Notes under the pieces: generated by a model
What the model was told of the DNA's origin: nothing
Seen by the model: only the letters and a program-made list of their open reading frames with translations
Database searches by the model: none
Translations under genes and position numbers: made by a program
Shown here: piece after piece, positions 41,105 to 50,623 of the stretch
How positions within the stretch are numbered: the first letter of the stretch is position 1
Layout: the number at the start of each line of letters is the position of its first letter
Assembly: GCA_963819655.1 (NCBI GenBank)
Contig: CAWFXA010000002.1
Span: forward strand, 896,001-960,000
Source: an uncultured Chloroflexia bacterium
GTDB taxonomy: Bacteria > Chloroflexota > Limnocylindria > Limnocylindrales > CSP1-4
Direction of reading: 5' to 3'
DNA: 64,000 nt

Positions 41105-41698
41105 ATGGCTGGATCGCATACGAGGGGACCGCGATCGGTCGCTGCGCTCGTCGCCGCGGCTGTGCTTGTCGCCGCGTGCGGGGGCGCCACACCGAGCGCC
41201 GCGCCCTCCGCCGTCGCTGCGCCGCTCGCGACACCGAACCCGCACCTCCCGAGCCCGGCCACGGCTCAGCAGGTCTTCAGCGGCCTGGGCAAGGCCGGCC
41301 TGCGCATCACAGCGAACACGGCGTCGCTGGGCGCCGATGGAAGTGACGTCGTCACCAAGATCTACGCCACGTATCTCGGCTGGCCGCTCGACGTCACGCA
41401 GTACCGATCGTCGACCGCCCTGACGCGGATGACCGAATGGCCGGTCGGCGAGGCGCCTGGCAGTGGTGAGCCGCCGATCGCGCTGGCGGGCATGAACATC
41501 CTGATCACGTGGGGGCCGACCGCATCTGGCGCGGTGCCCCAGAAGCCCGACAGCCGTCAGTCGGACGGGCTGCGCGAGCTCGTCACCGCCCTCGACCTGC
41601 TGCTCTCGCCGCTCCGAGCACGCACGAACGTCCCGGTCGCGTACTCCGGACAGGTCGCTACCGCCCCCAGCGCGGCACCATCGGCGCCCGCGCCCTGA
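41105..41698 (+). CDS. Hypothetical lipoprotein
   Basis: Signal peptide with LVAAC lipobox; Ala/Pro/Ser-rich flanks. Confidence 0.75.
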   Translation: MAGSHTRGPRSVAALVAAAVLVAACGGATPSAAPSAVAAPLATPNPHLPSPATAQQVFSGLGKAGLRITANTASLGADGSDVVTKIYATYLGWPLDVTQYRSSTALTRMTEWPVGEAPGSGEPPIALAGMNILITWGPTASGAVPQKPDSRQSDGLRELVTALDLLLSPLRARTNVPVAYSGQVATAPSAAPSAPAP

Positions 41699-41754
41699 CC
41701 GTCGCCCCGAAAACGCAGGGTCACGACGGGGCCTGAAGGCCGTACCCTGTCCGT

Positions 41755-42255
41755 ATGACGGACGTCCTCCGGCCGCGAGCCCGTGCCGCGTCGAATCGCT
41801 CGGGCGAGGAGGTCTCGGACCTCGACAAGCGGATCATCGAGCACCTGCAGGCCGACGGTCGTCGGCCCTTCACGCAGATCGCCGCCGAGCTCGGCGTGAG
41901 CGAGGCAGCGGTGCGCGCTCGTACCAATCGACTGATCGAACGCGGCATCCTGCAGGTCGTCGGCGTCACCGATCCGTTGAAGCTCGGCTTCCACCAGATG
42001 GCGATGATCGGGATCCGCTGCGAGAGCGACAGGCTCGTGTCCGTGGCGGAGCAGGTCGCCGATATGCCCGAGGTCGACTACGTCGTGATCACCGCCGGCA
42101 CGTACGATCTGCTGATCGAGACCGTGTGCGAGGACAACGAGGCTCTGCTGCGCTTCCTGACCGAGAAGCTGCGCGCGATCGACGGCGTGCGCGAGACCGA
42201 AACGTTCGTCTATCTCCGCATGGTCAAACAAACGTACCAGTGGGGGACCCGCTAG
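41755..42255 (+). CDS. Lrp/AsnC family regulator
   Basis: LDKRII..LQADGR..IA..LGVSE..VR.R; TAGTYDL. Confidence 0.95.
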   Translation: MTDVLRPRARAASNRSGEEVSDLDKRIIEHLQADGRRPFTQIAAELGVSEAAVRARTNRLIERGILQVVGVTDPLKLGFHQMAMIGIRCESDRLVSVAEQVADMPEVDYVVITAGTYDLLIETVCEDNEALLRFLTEKLRAIDGVRETETFVYLRMVKQTYQWGTR

Positions 42256-42340
42256 AAGGCTGGCGCCTCCGCGCACCGTCCGTTGCCCGTCGCACGGACG
42301 CACCGGCCGATTCGGCCATGCCCGCGGCTAAGATGACCAC

Positions 42341-43606
42341 GTGGAGCTTGAGCCGATCCTCGCCCTGATCGTCGTTGCCGTGATCGCGAACCTTGTGGTC
42401 ATGGGTGCCCTCATCGCATCGCCGGTGGTCGGCCGTGTGCGGTCGAGGGGTACGGTCGACGATCGGATCGATGTCCGGGCGGAGCGGGCGATGGCGGCCG
42501 CGGCGGTCGTCGGGCACGCGGACGACGAGCGGACCGAGGACGGGGTCCCGACCCGGGCGTACGACCGCGTCGTGCGCATCGCCTCGTGGGTCTTCCTGCT
42601 CGCCGCGACGACCATCGTCGGTGTCACCGGCCTGTGGCCGGACAGCCAGACCGCCATCTTCATCCTGCTCGCGCTCGCCGGCGTGTTCGTGCTGGTCATC
42701 CACGACCTGCTGCCGACGACGGCGCTCGGTCCGGCCAAGTTCGTCGTCGAGGGCTCGGTCGCGATCACGGTCGCGACCATGCTGGTGGCCCTGACCGGTG
42801 GGGCGAAGAGCCCGTTCTTCTTCGTGTACCCGCTGATCGTCGGCGGCGCCGCGCTGGTCGTCAGCCCCGGCATCACCCTCGGGCTGGCGCTGACCGCGGC
42901 CTTGGGCTATGTGCTCGCGGTCATCCTGGGCTCGTCGGCCGCGGTCCTCGCGGAACCGGTCACGACCGCCACGGTCGGGATCAACCTCACGGCGCTGATC
43001 CTCCTGGCCTACATCGCGATGGTCATCGCGCGGGAACAGCGCAGCTCGCGCGACGCAGCGATCCGCCTGTCGACGATCGATCCGCTGACATCGCTGTTCA
43101 ATCGCGGCTTCTTCTTCGCCGCGCTGGAGCGCGAGATCGCCCGCAGCGCCCGGTCGGGTCGCGGGTTCTGCCTGCTGATGATGGACCTCGACGAGCTCAA
43201 GGCGATCAACGACCGCCTCGGCCATTTCCACGGCGATCGCGTGCTCAGCGCGGTCGGCCAGGTCGTGAACGACGGCGTCCGCCGGATCGACACGGCCGCA
43301 CGGTACGGCGGCGATGAGTTCGTCGTGCTGCTGCCGGAGACCGACCCGACCGGTGCGTTCGTCCTCGCCGAGAAGATCCGGATCGGGGTCAACGAGCTGG
43401 CCCTCGACCTGCCCGACGACGCGATCCGGCCGTCGATGTCGGTGGGTGTCGTGTCCTTCCCGGACGACGGCCAGACCGCGGACGAGCTGATGATCAGCGC
43501 CGACCGCGCGATGTACACGAGCAAGCGCGCGGGCAAGAACCGGGTCACGGGGGTGAGCATCCCGACGCCCGCCGACAGTCGGAAGGGCGTGGCCTCGAAG
43601 GCCTAG
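42341..43606 (+). CDS. Membrane diguanylate cyclase
   Basis: Several TMs; DPLTSLFN, DLDELKAIND, RxxD I-site, YGGDEF. Confidence 0.93.
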   Translation: MELEPILALIVVAVIANLVVMGALIASPVVGRVRSRGTVDDRIDVRAERAMAAAAVVGHADDERTEDGVPTRAYDRVVRIASWVFLLAATTIVGVTGLWPDSQTAIFILLALAGVFVLVIHDLLPTTALGPAKFVVEGSVAITVATMLVALTGGAKSPFFFVYPLIVGGAALVVSPGITLGLALTAALGYVLAVILGSSAAVLAEPVTTATVGINLTALILLAYIAMVIAREQRSSRDAAIRLSTIDPLTSLFNRGFFFAALEREIARSARSGRGFCLLMMDLDELKAINDRLGHFHGDRVLSAVGQVVNDGVRRIDTAARYGGDEFVVLLPETDPTGAFVLAEKIRIGVNELALDLPDDAIRPSMSVGVVSFPDDGQTADELMISADRAMYTSKRAGKNRVTGVSIPTPADSRKGVASKA

Positions 43607-43619
43607 GGCTCGCTCCGGT

Positions 43620-44456
43620 TCAGGGGCTGGCGGACCACCGGAACGCCATCGACGCCGACAGGGCGCGACCCGGCTCGGCCTTGGGCGGCGCTGATCCCTC
43701 GGCGTCGGCGAGGTTGATGGCATCGGGCGGGGCGGTCTGCGGCTCGACGCAGATGCCCTCTGCGCGCTCGTCGAACACGACCCAGATCTCGGCGGTCGAC
43801 GTCATCTCGAGCTCGAGGACGCCCGGCCAGCGCAGGCGCGGAGGGGCGCGCACACCGGTGAAGGCGTCGTCCCACGGGCGTGGGCCGGGGCGCGATCGCG
43901 CCCCTGTCGGCAGCCCGTCGGCACCCCGGACGTACATCGATGACGCGTCGAAGTCGAGCTCGACGGCCGCGTCGCCGACCCGGCGCCGGAACCACGGATG
44001 CCAGCCGAGCCAGGCGGGCATCGCGTCGTCCGCCTCGAGGGTCAGCGTCGCGACGAGGCCACCCGGCTGCAGCGAGATCTCATGGGTGACCCGGCCGGCG
44101 AACGGCCAGCCGGGACCGAGATCGACCGCCAGCGTCGCCCTGTCCGGGCCGTGTGACAGCACGTGCCACGGGCGGTCGAACACCGTCCCGTGGATCGCGT
44201 GGGGCGGCAGGTTGCGCGTCAGCTGATGGACGCGGCCGGCGAACGTGAAGCTGCCATCGCGGATCCGGCCCGCGAACGGCACCATCGGGTAGCAACCCCA
44301 CCAGATCGGCCCGGCGCCTTCCGTGACCAGTATCTCGTGGCCGGCCACCTTTAACGAGGCGAAGCGCGCTCCGGCGCCGGCGTCGATCGTCAGCGTGTCT
44401 GCGCCGGAGCGCAGGACCAGCGGGGCGTCGCCCACGGCCGATGGCGGCGGCGTCAC
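43620..44456 (-). CDS. Aldose 1-epimerase family protein
   Basis: PFAGRI, HAIHG, GWHPWF, CVEP; GTGA overlap with the upstream gene. Confidence 0.88.
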   Translation of the reverse strand: MTPPPSAVGDAPLVLRSGADTLTIDAGAGARFASLKVAGHEILVTEGAGPIWWGCYPMVPFAGRIRDGSFTFAGRVHQLTRNLPPHAIHGTVFDRPWHVLSHGPDRATLAVDLGPGWPFAGRVTHEISLQPGGLVATLTLEADDAMPAWLGWHPWFRRRVGDAAVELDFDASSMYVRGADGLPTGARSRPGPRPWDDAFTGVRAPPRLRWPGVLELEMTSTAEIWVVFDERAEGICVEPQTAPPDAINLADAEGSAPPKAEPGRALSASMAFRWSASP

Positions 44457-45838
44457 GCGGTCAGCGTCATGACCCGGTCGGGCCGCAGCAGGAACGGCGG
44501 GAGATAGGCCGGGATGTTGGAGAACGGCAGCACGTCCGGGTGCAGCTCGATGCCCAGGGCGTCGGCCATGAACCGCCGTCGCGCCCCGATCCGGGCCCAC
44601 GCTTCCGGATAACCGCTCGCGAATGCGGCGCGGAGCGACGGGTCGGCGAGGGCGATACCGTCCTCGATGTTCGAGGTGAAATACGGCGACCCAGTCGCTG
44701 GGATGATGTCCACCTGGAACGCCATGCCCGAGCGCAGCTCGATCGACGAGCCCCGGCGGATCGGCGAGTTCACCCATTCGTCGAGCCCGATCTGGTGGCC
44801 CGGGTTGAGGAAGATGCCGAAGAACGGATCGCCGAGGTGGCGGTCGATGATCGCGTGCAGTGCCCCGCCGGTCTGGCCGATGTGCAGCGCGCGATACCAC
44901 TCGGCGACAGCGGTGAAGTACGGGCCGACCAGCCGCTCGACGTAGTCGCCGATCGCCTCGGGCAGGTCGCTCGCGTCCTCGACGACGAAGCCCGCGCGGC
45001 AGGTGAGCGCGCCCCAGATCCCGAAGGCGACGGTGAACGGGTCCCCGCGCTCGATCGGCCGGTCGCCCGGGCTGAGCAGCCCGAACGCGGCGCGCGGTCC
45101 CGCGCTGAGCATCAGATGGCACGACAACGGAGAGCCATCCCAACCGAGCAACGCGACCGCGTCGCGTTCGCGCATGCCCGGGCGCAAACCGGTCAGCACG
45201 GAACGGACCCCGCTCGATGTCGTGCACGCGGCGGCCTCCATCGCCGCCAGCTGCTCGACCTCGTTGATGACCCGCAGGCCGTCGCTCGCGTCGATCATCA
45301 GGTCGACCGCGTTCTCGACCGTGCCGCGAGGCCCCGTCAGCGAGCGGAGCTCGTCGGCGAAGACGGACGGCACGTCGAGCATCGAGGTGTCCGTGTACGG
45401 TTTCCAGCCGACGACGCCGACACGCGCACCGTCGGTGACACCTTCGCCCGCGAGGATGTCCGACAGGGGCCGCGAGCGGTCCCGCGGCTGACCGGGCAGG
45501 CTCAGGTCCTGGTACAGCTCGCGACGCATCGGGAGGGGCGCCGCGCCTGCCATCCCGAAGCACTCGTTGCCGACCAGGATCGCGGGCTCGGTGGCGTCGC
45601 CGACCACGAGGATCGCCTCCTCGAACCGCGGATCGAACCCGGTCAGATACGCCAGGTTCGCGCTGTGCTCGCGGTCCGCGTACACGACGATGCGGTCGTA
45701 GCCGCGCTGTTCCATCCGCTCGCGCAGCCGCGCCATGCGCTGGCCGTAGACGGACGCCGGGACCTCGGGCGTGATCGACGAACGGCCGAAATCCGGCAGC
45801 GCGACCTCGGCGAGACGGGCGTGGGGTGCGGTCGTCAT
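44453..45838 (-). CDS. M24 (aminopeptidase P / creatinase) fold protein with an atypical metal site
   Basis: YLTGFDPRFEE N domain; GHQIGLDE, GMAFQVD, NIED. Confidence 0.8.
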   Translation of the reverse strand: MTTAPHARLAEVALPDFGRSSITPEVPASVYGQRMARLRERMEQRGYDRIVVYADREHSANLAYLTGFDPRFEEAILVVGDATEPAILVGNECFGMAGAAPLPMRRELYQDLSLPGQPRDRSRPLSDILAGEGVTDGARVGVVGWKPYTDTSMLDVPSVFADELRSLTGPRGTVENAVDLMIDASDGLRVINEVEQLAAMEAAACTTSSGVRSVLTGLRPGMRERDAVALLGWDGSPLSCHLMLSAGPRAAFGLLSPGDRPIERGDPFTVAFGIWGALTCRAGFVVEDASDLPEAIGDYVERLVGPYFTAVAEWYRALHIGQTGGALHAIIDRHLGDPFFGIFLNPGHQIGLDEWVNSPIRRGSSIELRSGMAFQVDIIPATGSPYFTSNIEDGIALADPSLRAAFASGYPEAWARIGARRRFMADALGIELHPDVLPFSNIPAYLPPFLLRPDRVMTLTA

Positions 45839-45852
45839 GGGGCCACTATCGC

Positions 45853-47544
45853 CTACGGGCTCACCGGCTGGGCGGCCGTCGCGCCTCGCTCGATGCGTAC
45901 GACCCGGTCCGCGTCCACCGCCATCCACGGGCCGATCTCGCCGCCCGGCCAGGTGACGCGGACCTCCGCGCGCGCGGCGGCGCCCAGGCCGAAGTGGATC
46001 GGGACCAGCTGCCCGCTGGCGTGCCCGCCACCGACCGTGACCTCGCGCTCGCGCTGTGTCGCGCCGGTGCGGACCGTGATCCACGAGCCGATGGCATCGC
46101 GATTCGGCCCGTCCTGCTGGAGGTCGAGGGCGATCCAGTGGCCCATCGGCCGTGCCGTTTGCCGGTCGCCCGACCCAGCGTTCCGCCACAGCTTGACGTT
46201 CTCGCGCCGGGCGACCTGGACCATGTCCAGCAGCCCGTCCCCGTTCAGGTCTACGAGCGCCGCCCCGCGGATCTGGGCATAGCCGACCATCCCCGCGGCC
46301 GGCGCGCCTTCGACGAAAGTGCCGTCGGCCTGGCCGATCAACAGGTTGCTGGGGTCCTTCGCGGCGTACTCGGTCTGGGTGTCGACGTTGCCCTTGCTGA
46401 CATACAGGTCGGTGAACCCGTCGTTGTTGACATCCTCGAACGCCGGGTGCCAGGCCGTGGACGCCAGCGGATCACTGCCGGCATAGGGTCTGTGGGCGGT
46501 CACCCCGCGCCGCAGCGCGATGTCCTCGTAGCGCGGCTGGGTCGGGCCGTCTGCCAGGGTCTGCAGCTTGTTGTCGGCCTGGCTGGTCAGGTAGACCTCC
46601 GGGTACGCGTCACCGGTGAGGTCCTCGCTGGCGATGCCCATGCCCCAGATCCGCAGCAGGGCCCAGCCCTCGTCGCGCGTGTAGAGTCGCGGCGCCTGGC
46701 CGGGCTCGATCCGCCACAGCTGTTCCTCGCCGTCCCGGTAGTAGTGGCGGTCGTTGGACACCCGAAGATCGCGCCGGCCCGACCGGTCCCAGTCGCTGAA
46801 GAGCATCGAGAGCGTGCACCAGCTCGGCGTCAACGCGACGGGTTCGGCGTACGTCATACCCGATGCCTCGGGTCGGACGAGCCGATCGTCCGCGCATGCG
46901 CTCGCCGGCTCCCGCTGGTCATCGAGCGCGAGGTAGTCGCCGAAGGCCAGCGTCGGCAGCGCCGCCGCCGGCGACTCCCATGTCGCACTGAACCCGACGG
47001 TCCAGCCGCTTCCCCCATCGAAGGCGAGCGGCTCGTTCGCCCGCTCGAACCGGCAGTCGCCGAGGCCGCGCAAGATCACGTCCTCGCCGAGTCGGAGCAC
47101 GGCCAGATCGATGTGACCGTCCCCGTCGATGTCGATCGGATACGCCCCTGTCACCGATGCCAGGTTCGTCGAGGGATCCCCGGCCTCGTCGAATCGCAGC
47201 GGGCCGCCGACCTCGCTCCGGTTGCGGTACAGCGCCGCGTTGCCCTCCCCGCCCGCCAGGTACAGATCCGTCCGCGCGTCGTCGTCGCAGTCGAACGCAG
47301 CGACGCCGCCGCCGACGACGTACGGGTAATCTCCGGCATAGATGTGCTCGATCCCGGCCTCGGCCGCCTCCTCGATGAGGCGGGGCGGGTCGAGCGCGAC
47401 AGGCGGCCCCGATGAGACCGAGTCCGCCGGTGACAAGGCCCGGACGACGAGCAGACCCCCGGCCACGACGGCGACCACGGTCAGCGCGATCACGGCCAGC
47501 CTAGCGCCGTGGGAAACGTCTCGAGCGCGGGTGGTGGTCGACAC
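45853..47544 (-). CDS. Membrane-anchored FG-GAP beta-propeller + ASPIC/UnbV (CRTAC1-like) protein
   Basis: N-terminal TM; six DxDxDG-like motifs; C-terminal NRDAIGS..GGGHASG..IHFGLG; GGAGG RBS. Confidence 0.88.
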   Translation of the reverse strand: MSTTTRARDVSHGARLAVIALTVVAVVAGGLLVVRALSPADSVSSGPPVALDPPRLIEEAAEAGIEHIYAGDYPYVVGGGVAAFDCDDDARTDLYLAGGEGNAALYRNRSEVGGPLRFDEAGDPSTNLASVTGAYPIDIDGDGHIDLAVLRLGEDVILRGLGDCRFERANEPLAFDGGSGWTVGFSATWESPAAALPTLAFGDYLALDDQREPASACADDRLVRPEASGMTYAEPVALTPSWCTLSMLFSDWDRSGRRDLRVSNDRHYYRDGEEQLWRIEPGQAPRLYTRDEGWALLRIWGMGIASEDLTGDAYPEVYLTSQADNKLQTLADGPTQPRYEDIALRRGVTAHRPYAGSDPLASTAWHPAFEDVNNDGFTDLYVSKGNVDTQTEYAAKDPSNLLIGQADGTFVEGAPAAGMVGYAQIRGAALVDLNGDGLLDMVQVARRENVKLWRNAGSGDRQTARPMGHWIALDLQQDGPNRDAIGSWITVRTGATQREREVTVGGGHASGQLVPIHFGLGAAARAEVRVTWPGGEIGPWMAVDADRVVRIERGATAAQPVSP

Positions 47545-47590
47545 GGGCCGTGGCACCTCCCGGATGCGTCCCTGGCTGACCGACCGCGGT

Positions 47591-47614
47591 ATTAGAGCAC
47601 AGGGATGACAAACC
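47591..47614. promoter_or_regulatory. Putative XylR(ROK) operator in the ASPIC/haloperoxidase divergent promoter
   Basis: ATTAGAGCACAGGGATGACAAACC, 17/24 identical to the xylR site; next to TTGACC-N17-CATCCT (47618-47646). Confidence 0.55.
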
Positions 47615-47684
47615 CCCTTGACCGCACCGTGGCGGCTCGCCATCCTCGTGCCTCCGTGGGGGACCGAACGGAGGGGTTCGTGCG

Positions 47685-49553
47685 ATGAAGCGGTTGCGTC
47701 TGGGAACCGTGGCAGCAGTCTCGGCGCTCGCGCTCGTGGCTGGGCTGCTTGGCGGGTGCGGTGACGCGAGGCCACCGTTCGTGGCGGAGGCCTGCACCCG
47801 TGGCGACCTAGCGGGCAGATCCGTCGCTCGCGTCTGGGATGACCAGACGCTCGAGCTCATCCGGGGGGTAGTCCCCGCACCGACCGTGCATGCGCGCAAT
47901 CTGTTCCACGTCTCGGCCGCGATGTGGGACGCCTGGGCCGCCTATGACGAGACCGCGGACGGGCTGTTCGTGACCGAGAAGCTGCGGGCCGACCAGCCCG
48001 ACGCCGCCCGCGAGATCGCGATGAGCTACGCGGCCTACCGCATCCTGCTGTGGCGCTACGGCACGGTGTCCGATCTACCTGCCGCGACCGAGCAGCTGAC
48101 TGCCACGATGGACAGCCTGTGCTATCGGACCGACTACACCTCGATCGACGGCGACAACCCGGCCCAGCTCGGGAATCGAATCGCCGCGGCGGTGATCGAA
48201 TTCGGCCGCCAGGATGGCGCGCACGAGGAGGAGCGGTACGCGGACCCGACCTACGCGCCGAAGAACGAGCCACTGGTGGTCACCGAGCCCGGCACCGTCA
48301 TGACCGATCCGAACCACTGGCAGCCACTGGCGCTGGACAAGCAGATCTCCCAGAACGGGCTGCCGATCCCGGGCAAGGTCCAGACGTTCATCGGGCCGTA
48401 CTGGGGTCACGTGACGTCGTTCGCGCTGCCGCCCTCCGACGCAGGGACCCCGATCGACCCGGGGCCGCCGCCGCTGCTGGGAGACGCCGCCACGGACCAG
48501 GCATTCAAGGACGAGGCGGTCGACGTCATCCGACGCAGCCACCTGCTGGACGCAACCAATGGCGTGACGATCGACATCAGTCCTGGTGTCTTCGGGGATA
48601 ACACGCTTGGCACCAACGACGGGAACGGCCACGACGTCAACCCGGCCACCGGGCAGCCGTACGAGCCGCACGCTGTCCTGCAGGCCGATTTCGCCCGGGC
48701 CCTCGCCGAGTACTGGGCGGACGGGCCGAAGTCCGAGACGCCACCCGGGCACTGGAATGTGCTCGCCAACGAGGTCTCGGACAGTCCGGGCTTCGCGTTC
48801 CGTATCGACGGTGAGGGTGAGCCGGTGGATCGCCTCGAATGGGACGTCAAGCTGTACCTGGCACTGAACGGCGCGGTCCATGACGCGGCGATCGCGACGT
48901 GGGGCGTGAAGGGCTTCTACGACTCCTCCCGCCCGATCTCGCAGATCCGCTTCATGGGCGGCAAGGGTCAGTCGAGCGACCCCGCCGGACCGGCGTACGA
49001 CACCCAGGGACTGCCGCTCGTGCCCGGCCTCATCGAGGTCATCAGTCCGGAGTCCAGCGCAGCCGGGCAGCGGCACGCCGGCTTGTCCGGCCACGTCGGC
49101 GAGATCGCCATCAACGCCTGGCGCGGGTTCCCGGAGGACCCGAAGACCCAGACGAGCGGGGTCGGCTGGATCCGGGCTGTCGATTGGGTGCCGTACCAGC
49201 GGAGCACGTTCGTGACCCCCGCGTTCGCAGGCTATCCGTCGGGCCACAGCACGTTCAGCAGGGCCGCAGCCGAGGTCCTCACGGCGTTCACCGGCGACGC
49301 CTACTTCCCAGGCGGGATCACGAGCTTCACGGTCAAGAAGGGCGACCTGCTGCATGAGGAAGGACCGACCCAGGACACGACGATCCAGTGGGCGACCTAC
49401 TTCGACGCGGCGGACCAGGCCGGGATCTCGCGGCTCTTCATGGGTATCCACGTGCCCAGCGACGACGTCGAAGGGCGCAAGATCGGGTCGACCTGCGGCA
49501 AGGACGCGATGGCCCTCGCATTGCGCTACTTCAACGGGACAGCGACTCCCTGA
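47685..49553 (+). CDS. Vanadium-dependent haloperoxidase / PAP2-superfamily lipoprotein
   Basis: Lipobox LLGGC; PTVHARNLFH; KGFYDSSRP, YPSGHS, SRLFMGIH vanadate/phosphate-binding motifs. Confidence 0.85.
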   Translation: MKRLRLGTVAAVSALALVAGLLGGCGDARPPFVAEACTRGDLAGRSVARVWDDQTLELIRGVVPAPTVHARNLFHVSAAMWDAWAAYDETADGLFVTEKLRADQPDAAREIAMSYAAYRILLWRYGTVSDLPAATEQLTATMDSLCYRTDYTSIDGDNPAQLGNRIAAAVIEFGRQDGAHEEERYADPTYAPKNEPLVVTEPGTVMTDPNHWQPLALDKQISQNGLPIPGKVQTFIGPYWGHVTSFALPPSDAGTPIDPGPPPLLGDAATDQAFKDEAVDVIRRSHLLDATNGVTIDISPGVFGDNTLGTNDGNGHDVNPATGQPYEPHAVLQADFARALAEYWADGPKSETPPGHWNVLANEVSDSPGFAFRIDGEGEPVDRLEWDVKLYLALNGAVHDAAIATWGVKGFYDSSRPISQIRFMGGKGQSSDPAGPAYDTQGLPLVPGLIEVISPESSAAGQRHAGLSGHVGEIAINAWRGFPEDPKTQTSGVGWIRAVDWVPYQRSTFVTPAFAGYPSGHSTFSRAAAEVLTAFTGDAYFPGGITSFTVKKGDLLHEEGPTQDTTIQWATYFDAADQAGISRLFMGIHVPSDDVEGRKIGSTCGKDAMALALRYFNGTATP

Positions 49554-50536
49554 TCCGCGGCCGCGAAGATCGCCTCGATCACCCGCAGATTCGCCACCGC
49601 ATCCGCGGGAGGCACGGGCGTCGGCAGGTCATCGAGGATCGCGGCCGCGAAGATCTCGGCCTCGACCGTGTATGGGTCGGCGGTCGGGAACTCGAGCACC
49701 TCCGTCGCCGGCGCGACCGGCGGGTCGCCGCCGGCCGTGAGGGAGATGCGCGTCGGACGGTCCGGCGGGATATTGAACGGGATGTCGATCGAGATCCGTC
49801 CATCCGTCCCGTAGATGTCGACCCGCTGGTCGGTCTCGGTCCGCGTCGAACACGTGAAGCTGGCGACGCCTGCGTCGAAGTCGAGGATCGCGCTCGTATG
49901 CACGTCGACGCCACTCACAGGGTCGCGCCGCATCGCAGCGGCGATCCGCGTCGGTTCACCGTTGAACAGCATCCGCGACAGGTTGACCGCGTAGCAACCG
50001 ATGTCGAACAGGGCACCACCGCCGAAGGCGCGGATGTTGCGGATGTTCGCCGCGTCGTCGTTGAAGTACGAGAACCATGTCTGGACCGCGGACAGCCGTC
50101 CGATCCGCCCCGCCTCGACCAGCCCGCGTGCGGCGACCCACGACGGATGGTGGCGATACATGAACGCCTCCATCAGGTGGACGCCGGCTGCGCCGGCCGC
50201 CTCGATCATCCGTTCCGCATCGGCTGCGGTCATCGCGAGCGGCTTCTCGCAGAGGACGTGCTTGCCCGCCCCGACCGCGGCGATCGTCCATTCGGCGTGC
50301 AGGTGGTTCGGCAGCGGGATGTAGACCGCATCGACCTCGGGGTCGCCGAGGAGCGCCTCGTAGGATCCGTGGGCCCTGGAGATCCCGAATTGCGCGGCAG
50401 CACCGCGGGCGAGCTCGGCGTCCCGCGAGGCGATAGCGACGATCTCGCACCGGTCGGCTTTCATGAACCCTGGGATCACTTTCCCGGTCGCGATCTTCGC
50501 GGTGGACAGGATCCCCCAGCGCAATGCGCGCGACAT
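49526..50536 (-). CDS. Gfo/Idh/MocA oxidoreductase (candidate aldose/xylose dehydrogenase)
   Basis: WGILSTAKIA, LPNHLH, CEKP, EAFMYRHHP, GGALFDIGCY. Confidence 0.9.
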   Translation of the reverse strand: MSRALRWGILSTAKIATGKVIPGFMKADRCEIVAIASRDAELARGAAAQFGISRAHGSYEALLGDPEVDAVYIPLPNHLHAEWTIAAVGAGKHVLCEKPLAMTAADAERMIEAAGAAGVHLMEAFMYRHHPSWVAARGLVEAGRIGRLSAVQTWFSYFNDDAANIRNIRAFGGGALFDIGCYAVNLSRMLFNGEPTRIAAAMRRDPVSGVDVHTSAILDFDAGVASFTCSTRTETDQRVDIYGTDGRISIDIPFNIPPDRPTRISLTAGGDPPVAPATEVLEFPTADPYTVEAEIFAAAILDDLPTPVPPADAVANLRVIEAIFAAADQGVAVPLK

Positions 50537-50597
50537 GGCCCCGCTCCCTCGAATCCGTCTTGACATGGCCGCCCGGTTGTACGAGTCTCGCACAGCC

Positions 50598-50621
50598 ATT
50601 TGAGAAAGAGGAACACAAACC
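50598..50621. promoter_or_regulatory. Putative XylR operator upstream of xylR
   Basis: ATTTGAGAAAGAGGAACACAAACC (TTTG..N..CAAA dyad), downstream of TTGACA at 50560. Confidence 0.7.
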
Positions 50622-50623
50622 TC

